From the NCBI GenBank assembly GCA_020328155.1, contig JAIXMX010000002.1, forward strand, positions 1,847-65,846: a DNA stretch of 64,000 nt. The letters run 5' to 3'. The position numbers were made by a program, and so were the translations under genes. Positions within the stretch are counted from its first letter, which is position 1, and each line of letters starts with the position of its first letter. The notes beneath the pieces are model-generated. The model was not told the DNA's origin. It searched no databases and saw only the letters and a list, made by a program, of their open reading frames with translations. Shown here one piece after another: positions 48,875 to 60,657 of the stretch. Source of the DNA: Candidatus Endomicrobiellum agilis. Its GTDB lineage: Bacteria; Elusimicrobiota; Endomicrobiia; Endomicrobiales; Endomicrobiaceae.

Positions 48875-49954
48875 ATGGCAAAAGATGAAAAGCTTAAGGC
48901 GTTGGATTTAGCTCTTTTACAGATTGAAAAAGATTTTGGGAAAGAAGCGATTATGAGACTTGGTGAGAAGCATTTGAAAGAAAAAGTTGATTCAATACCA
49001 ACAGGCGCTCTTCCTCTTGATATAGCTATCGGCGTAGGAGGAATCCCGCGCGGAAGGATAATTGAGATTTATGGTCCAGAGTCGTCAGGAAAAACAACGC
49101 TTGCTTTGTGTATGGTTGCTGAGGCGCAAAAGCTTGGCGGTATTGCGGCATATATTGACGCAGAACACGCCATGGATCCTGAGTATGCGCAAAAACTTGG
49201 CGTGGATATAGACAATCTTTTAATATCGCAGCCGGATTCAGGTGAGCAAGGGCTTGAAATTGCGGATAAGCTTATACGTTCCGGAGCGGTTGATATTATA
49301 GTTGTCGACTCTGTAGCGGCTCTTGTTCCTAAAGCTGAAATTGAAGGCGAGATGGGAGATTCTTTTGTAGGTCTTCAGGCAAGACTTATGAGTCAGGCGC
49401 TTAGAAAACTTACTTCAAATATTTCTAAATCGAAAACTTCAATAATATTTATAAACCAGTTGAGACAAAAAATAGGAGTGATGTGGGGAAACCCTGAAAC
49501 AACTCCCGGAGGGCTTGCGCTCAAATTTTATTCTTCAGTAAGACTGGATATAAGAAGAATCGAATCAATTAAAAAAGGTGAAGAAATTTTAGGCAACAGA
49601 GTAAGAGTCAAAGTTGTAAAAAATAAAGTTGCGGCGCCTTTTAAGCAGGCTGAATTTGAAATAATATTTGGACAGGGTGTTGATAAGCTTGGCTATTTGA
49701 TAGATATGGGCGTAAATGACGGAATAATTGAGAAAGCGGGGGCATTTTTCAGCTATAAAGGCGAGAGACTCGGACAAGGAAGAGATAATGTAAAAACATT
49801 TTTGTCCGAAAATTCCGCAGTTGCCGAAGAAATAGAGGCTGAAATAAGGGAAAGAGTTTTTGGGGAAAACGAAAAAAAAATAGATGTCAAGAAAGAAGAA
49901 CCTCCTAAAGGAAAATCGCTTAAGTCTGCTAAAAAAAGTGAGAGGGGTCTATGA
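48875..49954 (+). CDS. recA: Recombinase RecA
   Basis: [42 protein letters not shown]. Confidence 0.98.
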   Translation: MAKDEKLKALDLALLQIEKDFGKEAIMRLGEKHLKEKVDSIPTGALPLDIAIGVGGIPRGRIIEIYGPESSGKTTLALCMVAEAQKLGGIAAYIDAEHAMDPEYAQKLGVDIDNLLISQPDSGEQGLEIADKLIRSGAVDIIVVDSVAALVPKAEIEGEMGDSFVGLQARLMSQALRKLTSNISKSKTSIIFINQLRQKIGVMWGNPETTPGGLALKFYSSVRLDIRRIESIKKGEEILGNRVRVKVVKNKVAAPFKQAEFEIIFGQGVDKLGYLIDMGVNDGIIEKAGAFFSYKGERLGQGRDNVKTFLSENSAVAEEIEAEIRERVFGENEKKIDVKKEEPPKGKSLKSAKKSERGL

Positions 49955-51144
49955 TTTTGTTTTGTCCTGAAGCGCATAAAATAGCGTTGGAAGAAGCCGA
50001 TGCAGAGCTGACTTCATTGAGCATGAAAATAAAGAGGCAAAATCAAAAAATCAAAAAAAGAAAAATAATTAAAGATTTCCTTAAAAGTTTTCCTCATTCT
50101 TTCTATCTAATGTCGGGGAAAAACGAGGATAAAAGAATTTATATCGCTGTAGTTCTTGCAGGTGGTATCGGCGATATTATAAGACAAAAAAGTGCGGTGT
50201 TAAAACTTATTGATATATTTCCATCGGTGATAATTGATATTTATAATATAAAATCTAAACCATTTTTAGCGGATGTAAAAAATATAAGATTTTTCTTTTA
50301 TGATTATTCTATAGAGCTTACGCGTAAGAAATATGATATTATCGTAGATTATTTGAGTTTAAACAAAGTGACGTCGGGTATAGCTGATTTAAAGATAAAT
50401 AATTTAAAAAACGATATTTTGAAGAAGTTTGCGACCGATTTTGAGGAGATAAAGAAGGAATATCCATACTGTTTTGGTCCTGAAAACCAGTATCTTTTTC
50501 AGAAAGAAGCTGTTAAAAACGGTTTAAATATTAATTCTGTTATGAAGCTGACTGCCGGTATTAAGGACGTTGAAGAAAATGATTTGGTGTTAAATTATAA
50601 ATATCAGGATATTGCGAAATTTGGGTTGAGTAAAAGGGATAAATATATAACTTTTCAGCATGGTTGGGGAAATAGAGGTTATGTCCCGAGGATAAATAGA
50701 TGGCACACAAAAATATGGGAAACTAAAAGCTGGAAAAGATTGTTGGAAAACATAAAGAGAAAATTAAAATATTTTAAGATAGTTCAGGTCGGTATAAGCA
50801 GCGATTGTTTTGAAGAGACAGATATAGATTTGAACGGAAAAACTTCTTTTGACGAGCTTTGCTCGGTTATTAAGTATTCGTCGCTTCATATTGATACCGA
50901 CGGCGGTTGTGTACATATCGCTAGAGCTTTGAATGTGAAATCCGTTGTTCTTTTCGGTCCCTCTAATGCTAGATATGTCGGTTATGAAAATAATATAAAT
51001 ATTACATCGGGATTATGTTCAGATTGTTTTACGGTAATTAAAGACTGGGACCTAAAATGCATTAGAGGTTTTGATAAGGCTGTATGCATGAATTCCATTT
51101 CGCCGGACTTTGTTGCAAAAGTAATTTGTAACCAGCTGGCTTAA
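49951..51144 (+). CDS. Glycosyltransferase family 9 (heptosyltransferase-like), paralogue 1
   Basis: [22 protein letters not shown] and the C-terminal [25 protein letters not shown]. Its ATG overlaps the recA TGA (ATGA). Confidence 0.65.
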   Translation: MILFCPEAHKIALEEADAELTSLSMKIKRQNQKIKKRKIIKDFLKSFPHSFYLMSGKNEDKRIYIAVVLAGGIGDIIRQKSAVLKLIDIFPSVIIDIYNIKSKPFLADVKNIRFFFYDYSIELTRKKYDIIVDYLSLNKVTSGIADLKINNLKNDILKKFATDFEEIKKEYPYCFGPENQYLFQKEAVKNGLNINSVMKLTAGIKDVEENDLVLNYKYQDIAKFGLSKRDKYITFQHGWGNRGYVPRINRWHTKIWETKSWKRLLENIKRKLKYFKIVQVGISSDCFEETDIDLNGKTSFDELCSVIKYSSLHIDTDGGCVHIARALNVKSVVLFGPSNARYVGYENNINITSGLCSDCFTVIKDWDLKCIRGFDKAVCMNSISPDFVAKVICNQLA

Positions 51145-51173
51145 CTTATACTGCTTATTAAGAGGTGATTTTT

Positions 51174-53647
<2,474 letters not shown>

Positions 53648-53714
53648 GGACATAAGGCAGATAGATTATTTTTATAACGCGGAAAGGATTGTGCAAATTT
53701 CTTGATGAGTAATA

Positions 53715-54806
53715 TTGGAAAACAAGAGAATGCAGAGCGGGTTAAAAGCAAGAATAAGATCTTTAAGAGAATTGTTGGCAAAAAAGTTTTTTGATAAGAA
53801 AAGTAGATCTGGCAAGGTTTTAGATGCGAGTAGAGCCAAGTCTGTTTTGTTTTTTAGAAATGACGACAAGATGGGCGATACTGTGGTTTCGACCTTATTT
53901 TTTAGGGAAATAAAAAAGAAATATCCCAGTATTAAGGTTATAGTTCTCTGTGGTAGAAGTAACAGAGAAATAATAAGATACAATAGTAATGTTGATCAGA
54001 TATATGAAACCGGGAAAAGTTTTTTTAGAGATATTTTGGTTTTTAGAGAATTGCAGAGGCAAAATATAAGTCTTGCTGTTGATTTTTATCCATTCAGACC
54101 TCGTCTTAAACACATGTTGATGTTGCGTATTATCGCTCCAGAATTTCTCATAGGATTTTACAAGAGTTCATATAATATTTACGATTTTTCAATAGATGTG
54201 AGTTTTTTTAGGCTACATATTTCAAAATGGTATGAGCATCTTTTAAAAATCCTGAAAATTGAAAATCCTGATTTAAAATACGATATAACTTTTACTTATA
54301 AAGAAGAGAGCGAAGCTCTTAAATTAATCAAGAAATGTAATGCGAAATATAGGATAGTTTTAAATCCTTTTGCCGCAAGCAAACATAGAAGTTTTAGTTA
54401 TTTGAAACTTAAAGAACTAATTGACATTATAGAGAATGAAATTGACTGTTGTGTATTTGTGTTATGCCAGCAAAAAAATAAAAAGAAAATAATATCTTTG
54501 GAGAGTGACAGGACTTTCGTGTCTAGCTTCGAATCGATACTGAAAAGTGCCGCCTTAATAAAATGCGCGGATGTGGTGATTACTCCCGATACGTCTATAG
54601 TTCATATTGCGACAGCTTTTAATAAGAAGACAGTTGCTTTGTATTTAAATTATTCAAATACTTATGAGAGAGTTGATATAATTTGGGCTCCTAACAATCC
54701 AAACGCTGTTCAGATTTTTGTTGATACGAAAAACAACAGTTTAGAAAATGATATAAAAAATATATCCAATGACAACGTTTTGGAAGCTTTACGAAAACTT
54801 TTATAA
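53715..54806 (+). CDS. Glycosyltransferase family 9 (heptosyltransferase-like), paralogue 2
   Basis: VLFFRNDDKMGDTVVSTLFFREIKKKYP and TPDTSIVHIATAFNKKTVALY. The likely start is the ATG at 53730. Confidence 0.65.
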   Translation: MENKRMQSGLKARIRSLRELLAKKFFDKKSRSGKVLDASRAKSVLFFRNDDKMGDTVVSTLFFREIKKKYPSIKVIVLCGRSNREIIRYNSNVDQIYETGKSFFRDILVFRELQRQNISLAVDFYPFRPRLKHMLMLRIIAPEFLIGFYKSSYNIYDFSIDVSFFRLHISKWYEHLLKILKIENPDLKYDITFTYKEESEALKLIKKCNAKYRIVLNPFAASKHRSFSYLKLKELIDIIENEIDCCVFVLCQQKNKKKIISLESDRTFVSSFESILKSAALIKCADVVITPDTSIVHIATAFNKKTVALYLNYSNTYERVDIIWAPNNPNAVQIFVDTKNNSLENDIKNISNDNVLEALRKLL

Positions 54807-54816
54807 GGGTTTTGAA

Positions 54817-55695
54817 ATGAAGCTGATGATTGCAATACCTGTTTACAACAGAAAACAATATCTTGAGATTACCGCAAAATCTTTATATGAGTGTTCAAAT
54901 GTTAATAAAAGTATAATAAAGGTTTTTAACGATTGCAGCACTGAATTTGATAGTGATTATTTAAGACAGTTATTTAATAAATTTAATGCATGGATTGTGG
55001 ACGGGGAAAATAACTTAAAAGCTGATAGGCATACTTATAAAATTATACTTGATTTTTTAAATACAGAAAACGAAGTTTTATTTATTTGTGATTCTGATTT
55101 ATTGTTAAGACCTGACGCAATAGACTATATTTTAAATAACTTTGATAGAACTGACGGCTTTTTGGGATTATATAATTCGGAACTTCACAGGGACATATAT
55201 TTTGACGGGGAATTTGTGTATAAAGAAAACGTTGGTTTTGCTGGAATTTGTGTCTCAAAAGATCTTCTTCAAAAATTTGTTTTAAAACAAGAAGGAAATT
55301 CGGGCTGTATGGATTTTATATTATCTGATTTTTTAATTGACAACGGCGTAAGGCTTATGGTTCCAAAAAATTGTTATGTTCAACATATAGGTTTTTACGG
55401 ACAGAACTGCAGCTCGTCTTCAGTTGAGTTTTCTACAAATTTTATGCCGTTATCTGAATTCAATAAGGAAATAGTGAACAAAATGCTTCCTATGGCTTTA
55501 AAGATACAAGCAAATGTGATAAAGTACCTATTGTTTGAAGATAAGTACAGAAAGCATGGTTTTATGCTTCATCAAACTCGTAGTTATTTTGCAAGAAATA
55601 GAAAGATAAAAGCATTAAAAAAATATTATGCGCAAAAATATCCTATCAGAGTTGTTGATGGGAAAAATGTGGAAAATTTAAAGATGAGAAAATAA
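54817..55695 (+). CDS. Glycosyltransferase family 2-like
   Basis: MKLMIAIPVYNRKQYL and a DxD-like CDSD. The ATG at 54817 lies just after the GT9 stop. Confidence 0.65.
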   Translation: MKLMIAIPVYNRKQYLEITAKSLYECSNVNKSIIKVFNDCSTEFDSDYLRQLFNKFNAWIVDGENNLKADRHTYKIILDFLNTENEVLFICDSDLLLRPDAIDYILNNFDRTDGFLGLYNSELHRDIYFDGEFVYKENVGFAGICVSKDLLQKFVLKQEGNSGCMDFILSDFLIDNGVRLMVPKNCYVQHIGFYGQNCSSSSVEFSTNFMPLSEFNKEIVNKMLPMALKIQANVIKYLLFEDKYRKHGFMLHQTRSYFARNRKIKALKKYYAQKYPIRVVDGKNVENLKMRK

Positions 55696-55758
55696 AGAGT
55701 TTCTTTATTTAAACTAGTTTTTTTGATTTTTAATATATATTAAAACGTACTTTAATTT

Positions 55759-56913
55759 ATGAGAAAAATATTATGTGTTTTATTATTTTCAGTTTTTTGC
55801 AGCGCGATTATTGCCGTCGTAGTTTTTGCTGAACAGTCGACAGGTTACCAAGATCTGGATCAGAGTGATTTTTTTATGCGTCATAGAGGACTTTTCGTAG
55901 ATGGTGCCATTTTTCCGTTTGATGGAAAGGTTTTATCTAGAGGCAGCAAAGGTGACTATGATGAAATTTCATACGATTATTTTCAAGAATTTAATCATGG
56001 GATGGGAGGCAATTTTGCGTCTTTGTTTGACAAAGTTCAACTTATAGAGCCGTTGCATGAACAAAATACTTTTTCAATATACGGCGAAGATGCAGTTTTT
56101 AAGGTAAAGTATAACGGTCAATCAGAACTTCCTCAACTTATTTTAACATCCCCAGATGGTTCGACAAAGACTCATACGATGAATAAAAGCAGTGTAGAAG
56201 ATAATATCTGTATATGCAGTTTGCGTTTAAAGAAAGGGAGCTACAATTATAAATATATAACCACAGATAAACTCTGTGAAATATCAGGGTGTTGGCATGT
56301 TACTACAAGACCTTATAATTTCGTTAGAAAATCTCCGAGTCTGCTTAATGATGTTTCGCCTGATAATGTTTGCTTTTCATGGAGTGTAAAGAGCGATGAA
56401 GAGAATGATTTGCTATCTTATAAATTATATCTTGGGTTTGAGCAATCGGAATCAAAGTTACCTGAAGTTGACAGTGGACCTAGTGTTAATTCGCTGTCGT
56501 TTACCATTTCAAATCTCGACCATAGAAAACGATATTATTGGTATATGATAGTAAAAAATAAGTTTGGTGCTTCTCTTAAAACTGAGGTTTATTCTTTTAT
56601 AACAGGAGGCCTGCCAAAAAGATTTTATAATGCTCCAAATCCTTTTAATCCAACAAGAGTCGCTCAAACTGCTTTTGTTTTTCCTATGTATCAAAATGGA
56701 ACAGCACAGATAACGATTTATTCTGAGTACGGTGATAAAATATGGGAATCGTCGACTATATCCTTTCCAGGAAATGCTCCGCAAATTATAATGTATGACG
56801 GAAAGGACGACGCCGGCAGGATGCTTTATAGCGGCACTTATCTAGCGGTTTTAACTAAAAGGTATTTAAATAAAACGGAAACAGAAAAATGCAGAATCTT
56901 AATAGTAAAATAA
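55759..56913 (+). CDS. Secreted protein with an FN3-like domain and a C-terminal FlgD-Ig / T9SS-type sorting-like domain
   Basis: Signal peptide MRKILCVLLFSVFCSAIIAVVVFA. The C-terminus YNAPNPFNP....ITIYSEYGDKIW....YDGKDDAGRMLYSGTYLAVL follows the FlgD_ig/Por-tail pattern. Confidence 0.7.
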   Translation: MRKILCVLLFSVFCSAIIAVVVFAEQSTGYQDLDQSDFFMRHRGLFVDGAIFPFDGKVLSRGSKGDYDEISYDYFQEFNHGMGGNFASLFDKVQLIEPLHEQNTFSIYGEDAVFKVKYNGQSELPQLILTSPDGSTKTHTMNKSSVEDNICICSLRLKKGSYNYKYITTDKLCEISGCWHVTTRPYNFVRKSPSLLNDVSPDNVCFSWSVKSDEENDLLSYKLYLGFEQSESKLPEVDSGPSVNSLSFTISNLDHRKRYYWYMIVKNKFGASLKTEVYSFITGGLPKRFYNAPNPFNPTRVAQTAFVFPMYQNGTAQITIYSEYGDKIWESSTISFPGNAPQIIMYDGKDDAGRMLYSGTYLAVLTKRYLNKTETEKCRILIVK

Positions 56914-58697
56914 TAGCAGTTGTTTTGTCGTTAACGCTTATTATTGTAAATACGCGAATCTCTTACTCTGAATTTGGAAGAAGGAGACATTTTTTATCGC
57001 ATGGCTCGAGTGTAACTTCTTTCGGCACTGGCGAAAGCGTATTTTCAGCTTATGACGATCCTGCAAGTTTACAGTACAACCCGTCGCTTATGGTGTTTTT
57101 CCCCGTGAATGCTGTAAGTTTTTCAAGATTTAATTTGTTTGAAGGAAGTTCCCATAATTCAATATCAGCAGTGTTTGGAGCGGAAAAGAAAGCGTTTATT
57201 GGGATTTCCGCTTCTAATTTGTCGAGCGGAAATGTAGAGCTGAGAAAAGATATATTCAGCAATCCTGAAAAAGTCAATTCTGTAAATACTTGGGATTTTG
57301 TTGTCGCTGCCTCCTGTTTTATAAATTTTTTAAATGTAGCTTGCGGATTTAGTGCTAAATGTTTACCTCGTGATTTAAATTTTAAAAATGGTACATATGC
57401 AATTGACGGCGGACTTTCAAAAATTATTGATTTCGGCAATGTTTTGAAAGTAAAGCTGGGAATATCGGCGCAGAATTTTACTGTAAGTCGGCTGAACAAT
57501 GGCGACGGTAGAGAAGATGGAATACCGATAATTTATAGATTAAGTTTTGCTTTTATTTTTCCGGTGTGCAACAGATTTAAATCAAAAGATACGATAAATA
57601 TTTATGCCGATTTAAAACGTGAAGATGGTTATACGAATTTTTGCGGGGGTTTAGCTTACATAATTGCAGACAAATACACTTTGTGTGCCGGATATTATCC
57701 TGAGCATTTTACTTTTGGCATAGGGATAAGTTTTTATTCGTTTATATTGAATTATGCTGCTGATTTTGGAAATATGGGGTTAATAAATCGTTTTGGACTT
57801 ACTTATAAATGGAATTTTAAAAAATCTGATGAATTTTCGGACGAACTTTCAAAAGAAGCGTATGATGCTTTAAACAAAAGGGAAATGAATTTTAAAAATG
57901 CCGAAAAAAAATTTGTAGAAGCAAAACGTTTATATGATAATAAAGAATATTTAAGAGCTACGGATATGCTTTCCGCTATAGTTATGTCTTGTCCGGATTA
58001 TGAATTGCCTCGGGATCTTTATGAAAAAATCGCTAAGATGATGAAAGAAACGGCATATAGTACCAATGAGTCGGATTTTGGGAAATTAACTTATGCGAAA
58101 GCATATGTTGCTTATTACGACGCCAATTACAAAGAGGCGCTAAACGAATGGAAAAAGAATATTGGTTTTGTTGGCGGGACCGAAGAAATAAAAGATTACA
58201 GCAAGAAAATAGATACGATTCTTAAGCTTGAAAAATTGGAAGAGAGAGAGAAAAAACTCGATATGCAGGCGAGAGAAATGCTAAAAAGGGGAATTGAAAA
58301 ATATAATTTGAGGAAATGGTTACAGTGTGTAAAGGAAATGGAAGAGCTTGAAAAATTTGTAAGCAGTAATAATTTTTCAAAAACTCTGGAATACTGTAAC
58401 AAAGCAAGAGAATATATTGGTAAATCCGTAGCTGAACTTTCAAAGTCATTGTCGGTAAAGAATAAAACGACTAGCCAGTCTGAAGGACAGCAGGAAGAAA
58501 AAGTTGAATACGACGAAGCGTCGGCCGATAAAAAATATGCTGAAGGACTAGTCTTGTACGCACAGGGTAAATATTATGAAGCTGAACGTGCATGGGAACT
58601 TACCTTAAGATTTAATCCGCGTCATCACAAAGCAAATATCGCTCTCCGCAAACTCAAGAATTCTATGACTAACAGTAGTATTACCGCAACAGATTAA
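56889..58697 (+). CDS. Outer-membrane barrel (paralogous N-terminal signature to 8307..9461) fused to a C-terminal coiled-coil/TPR region
   Basis: Signal-like IIAVVLSLTLIIVN, the motif FGTGESVFSAYDDPASLQYNPS and a beta-rich ~300 aa. This is followed by TPR-like repeats (YAEGLVLYAQGKYYEAERAWELTLRFNP). Overlaps the upstream gene by 25 nt. Confidence 0.6.
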   Translation: MQNLNSKIIAVVLSLTLIIVNTRISYSEFGRRRHFLSHGSSVTSFGTGESVFSAYDDPASLQYNPSLMVFFPVNAVSFSRFNLFEGSSHNSISAVFGAEKKAFIGISASNLSSGNVELRKDIFSNPEKVNSVNTWDFVVAASCFINFLNVACGFSAKCLPRDLNFKNGTYAIDGGLSKIIDFGNVLKVKLGISAQNFTVSRLNNGDGREDGIPIIYRLSFAFIFPVCNRFKSKDTINIYADLKREDGYTNFCGGLAYIIADKYTLCAGYYPEHFTFGIGISFYSFILNYAADFGNMGLINRFGLTYKWNFKKSDEFSDELSKEAYDALNKREMNFKNAEKKFVEAKRLYDNKEYLRATDMLSAIVMSCPDYELPRDLYEKIAKMMKETAYSTNESDFGKLTYAKAYVAYYDANYKEALNEWKKNIGFVGGTEEIKDYSKKIDTILKLEKLEEREKKLDMQAREMLKRGIEKYNLRKWLQCVKEMEELEKFVSSNNFSKTLEYCNKAREYIGKSVAELSKSLSVKNKTTSQSEGQQEEKVEYDEASADKKYAEGLVLYAQGKYYEAERAWELTLRFNPRHHKANIALRKLKNSMTNSSITATD

Positions 58698-58814
58698 ACT
58701 CAATTCTTGGCAATTACATAAATATTGAAAAGCAACTCACTTTAAAGTTCTTAAAATAGCAAAGAATATGCTATAATTATAACGATATTATTAAAGAATA
58801 CTAAAGAAATATAA

Positions 58815-59513
58815 ATGAACAATATCCGTGCAAACATAGAATTCATTAAAAATGCCATAGATTCAGTCAAAAATGCCTCTACTGATGTTGTTGAACTTGT
58901 AGCAGTGACAAAAACTTTTCCTTATTGGGATGTTTTAGAAGCTTTGAAACACGAGATAGAACATATCGGAGAAAGTAAAATACAGGAGGCGTTGCTCAAA
59001 TTTGGACGACTTGGCTCCTCTCTCGACGGTATTACAAAGCATTTTGTCGGACATTTACAATCAAACAAGGCAAAAAAAGCTGTAGAAAATTTTGATTTGA
59101 TACACTCTTTAGACAGTATAGACCTTGCTGTTGCTATAGGTCGCCATGCGGCGGGTATGGGCAAGCTGCAGAATTGTCTTGTCGAAGTAAAAGTTTCGCA
59201 CGAAGTTACTAAAACTGGCGTCAGTCCTGATGATTTAGAAGATTTTTATAAACAGTGTCTGTCAATTCCGAACATTTTAATAAAAGGGTTAATGGTTATA
59301 GCGCCTTATAGCGATAATCCCGAAGATTCGAGACCTTATTTTAAACAAACGTATAAATTATTTGAAAACATAAAAAGATCTTTTGGCAGTTCCGAATTTA
59401 ATATTTTATCTATGGGAATGTCAGACGATTATAAAATTGCCGTTGAAGAAGGCGCTACTATGGTGAGGGTAGGTTCGGCAATATTTGGGAAAAGAAATTA
59501 TGGAAATAAGTAA
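58815..59513 (+). CDS. yggS: PLP homeostasis protein YggS/PROSC family
   Basis: LVAVTKTF, HFVGHLQSNK and MGMSDDY..A...G.T.VRVGSAIFG. Confidence 0.9.
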   Translation: MNNIRANIEFIKNAIDSVKNASTDVVELVAVTKTFPYWDVLEALKHEIEHIGESKIQEALLKFGRLGSSLDGITKHFVGHLQSNKAKKAVENFDLIHSLDSIDLAVAIGRHAAGMGKLQNCLVEVKVSHEVTKTGVSPDDLEDFYKQCLSIPNILIKGLMVIAPYSDNPEDSRPYFKQTYKLFENIKRSFGSSEFNILSMGMSDDYKIAVEEGATMVRVGSAIFGKRNYGNK

Positions 59514-60312
59514 AAAGCTTTTTTTTATCGGTTCTGGAAATATGGCACAGGCTATTATAGGCGGTCTTTTAGGTGCGAGACTTGTTAAGGCTGAAAATAT
59601 TGTTTGCAATGACATAGTTAAAGAAAAAGTGTTAAATCTCCAAAGAAAATTCAGCGTATCAATCTCCGAAGACAAAGGTGAAGCTATAATAGGAGCCGAT
59701 ATAATTTTTCTTTCCGTTAAACCGCAGAATATGCTTAAAGTATTTGATGAGATAAGAAATTTTATAAAAAGGAAGGCGATTGTTATTTCAATTGCTGCTG
59801 GAATAACGACGAGGTTTATTGAAGACAATATTCAAAAAAACGTTGCGGTTATCAGAGCAATGCCTAATACTCCGGCTCTTGTGCTTTCAGGTGCTACGGC
59901 TTTGTGCAAAGGGAGATTCGTTTCAGATGAGCAACTTCAAAGGGCGAAATGTTTATTTTCAGCTATAGGAAAAGCTGAGATTCTTGACGAGAAAAATTTT
60001 AATGTTATTACGGCGTTGTCTGGCTCGGGACCTGCGTACATATTTTATTTCTGCGAACTTATGCAAAAAGCCGCTGAGAAACTTGGACTTAACAAAGATA
60101 TTGCAAAAAAGTTTGCGGTTCAAACTGTTTATGGCTCGGGCAAAATGCTTGACGTGACAGAGGAATTTGCCGGAACATTAAAAGAAAAAGTGAAATCTTT
60201 AAACGGTACAACTGAAGCGGCGTTGAATTATTTCGAGTCTAGAAATCTTTTAGATATTGTTTATAAAGCTATGGAACAAGCTATGGAAACGTCTAAAAAA
60301 CTTAGTAAGTGA
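59500..60312 (+). CDS. proC: Pyrroline-5-carboxylate reductase
   Basis: FIGSGNMAQAII, MPNTPALV, SGSGPAY. The ATG at 59500 overlaps the yggS end. Confidence 0.9.
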   Translation: MEISKKLFFIGSGNMAQAIIGGLLGARLVKAENIVCNDIVKEKVLNLQRKFSVSISEDKGEAIIGADIIFLSVKPQNMLKVFDEIRNFIKRKAIVISIAAGITTRFIEDNIQKNVAVIRAMPNTPALVLSGATALCKGRFVSDEQLQRAKCLFSAIGKAEILDEKNFNVITALSGSGPAYIFYFCELMQKAAEKLGLNKDIAKKFAVQTVYGSGKMLDVTEEFAGTLKEKVKSLNGTTEAALNYFESRNLLDIVYKAMEQAMETSKKLSK

Positions 60313-60345
60313 ATTTCAACCTATTTGTGAGATGGGGGAATTATA

Positions 60346-60609
60346 ATGATTATTAAAGTTAGAGTGATACCTAATGCGAAGAGAAATGAGGTCGTGAGCA
60401 GGGTTGGATCTATTTTAAGAGTAAAGATTACGATGCCTGCGGTTGAGGGCAAAGCGAATGAAGAGCTTTGCGATTTTTTGTCAGAATTTTTTGACGTGAA
60501 AAGATCGATGATTTTCTTGAGAAAAGGCGAAAGAGGCAGAGAAAAAACTATTGAAATATTAGGACGTCTAGAAGAAGAGCTTAACGAGGTTTTGGATACA
60601 ATACCGTAA
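60346..60609 (+). CDS. yggU: DUF167 (YggU) family protein
   Basis: An ~87-aa protein with V.PNAKRNEV....LRVKI..P.VEGKANEEL..FLS. The yggS-proC-yggU neighbourhood is conserved. Confidence 0.8.
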   Translation: MIIKVRVIPNAKRNEVVSRVGSILRVKITMPAVEGKANEELCDFLSEFFDVKRSMIFLRKGERGREKTIEILGRLEEELNEVLDTIP

Positions 60610-60657
60610 ATCTATATAAAGTGTCAATGTAACAAGTTAAAGAGTTTGTTGGGATAA

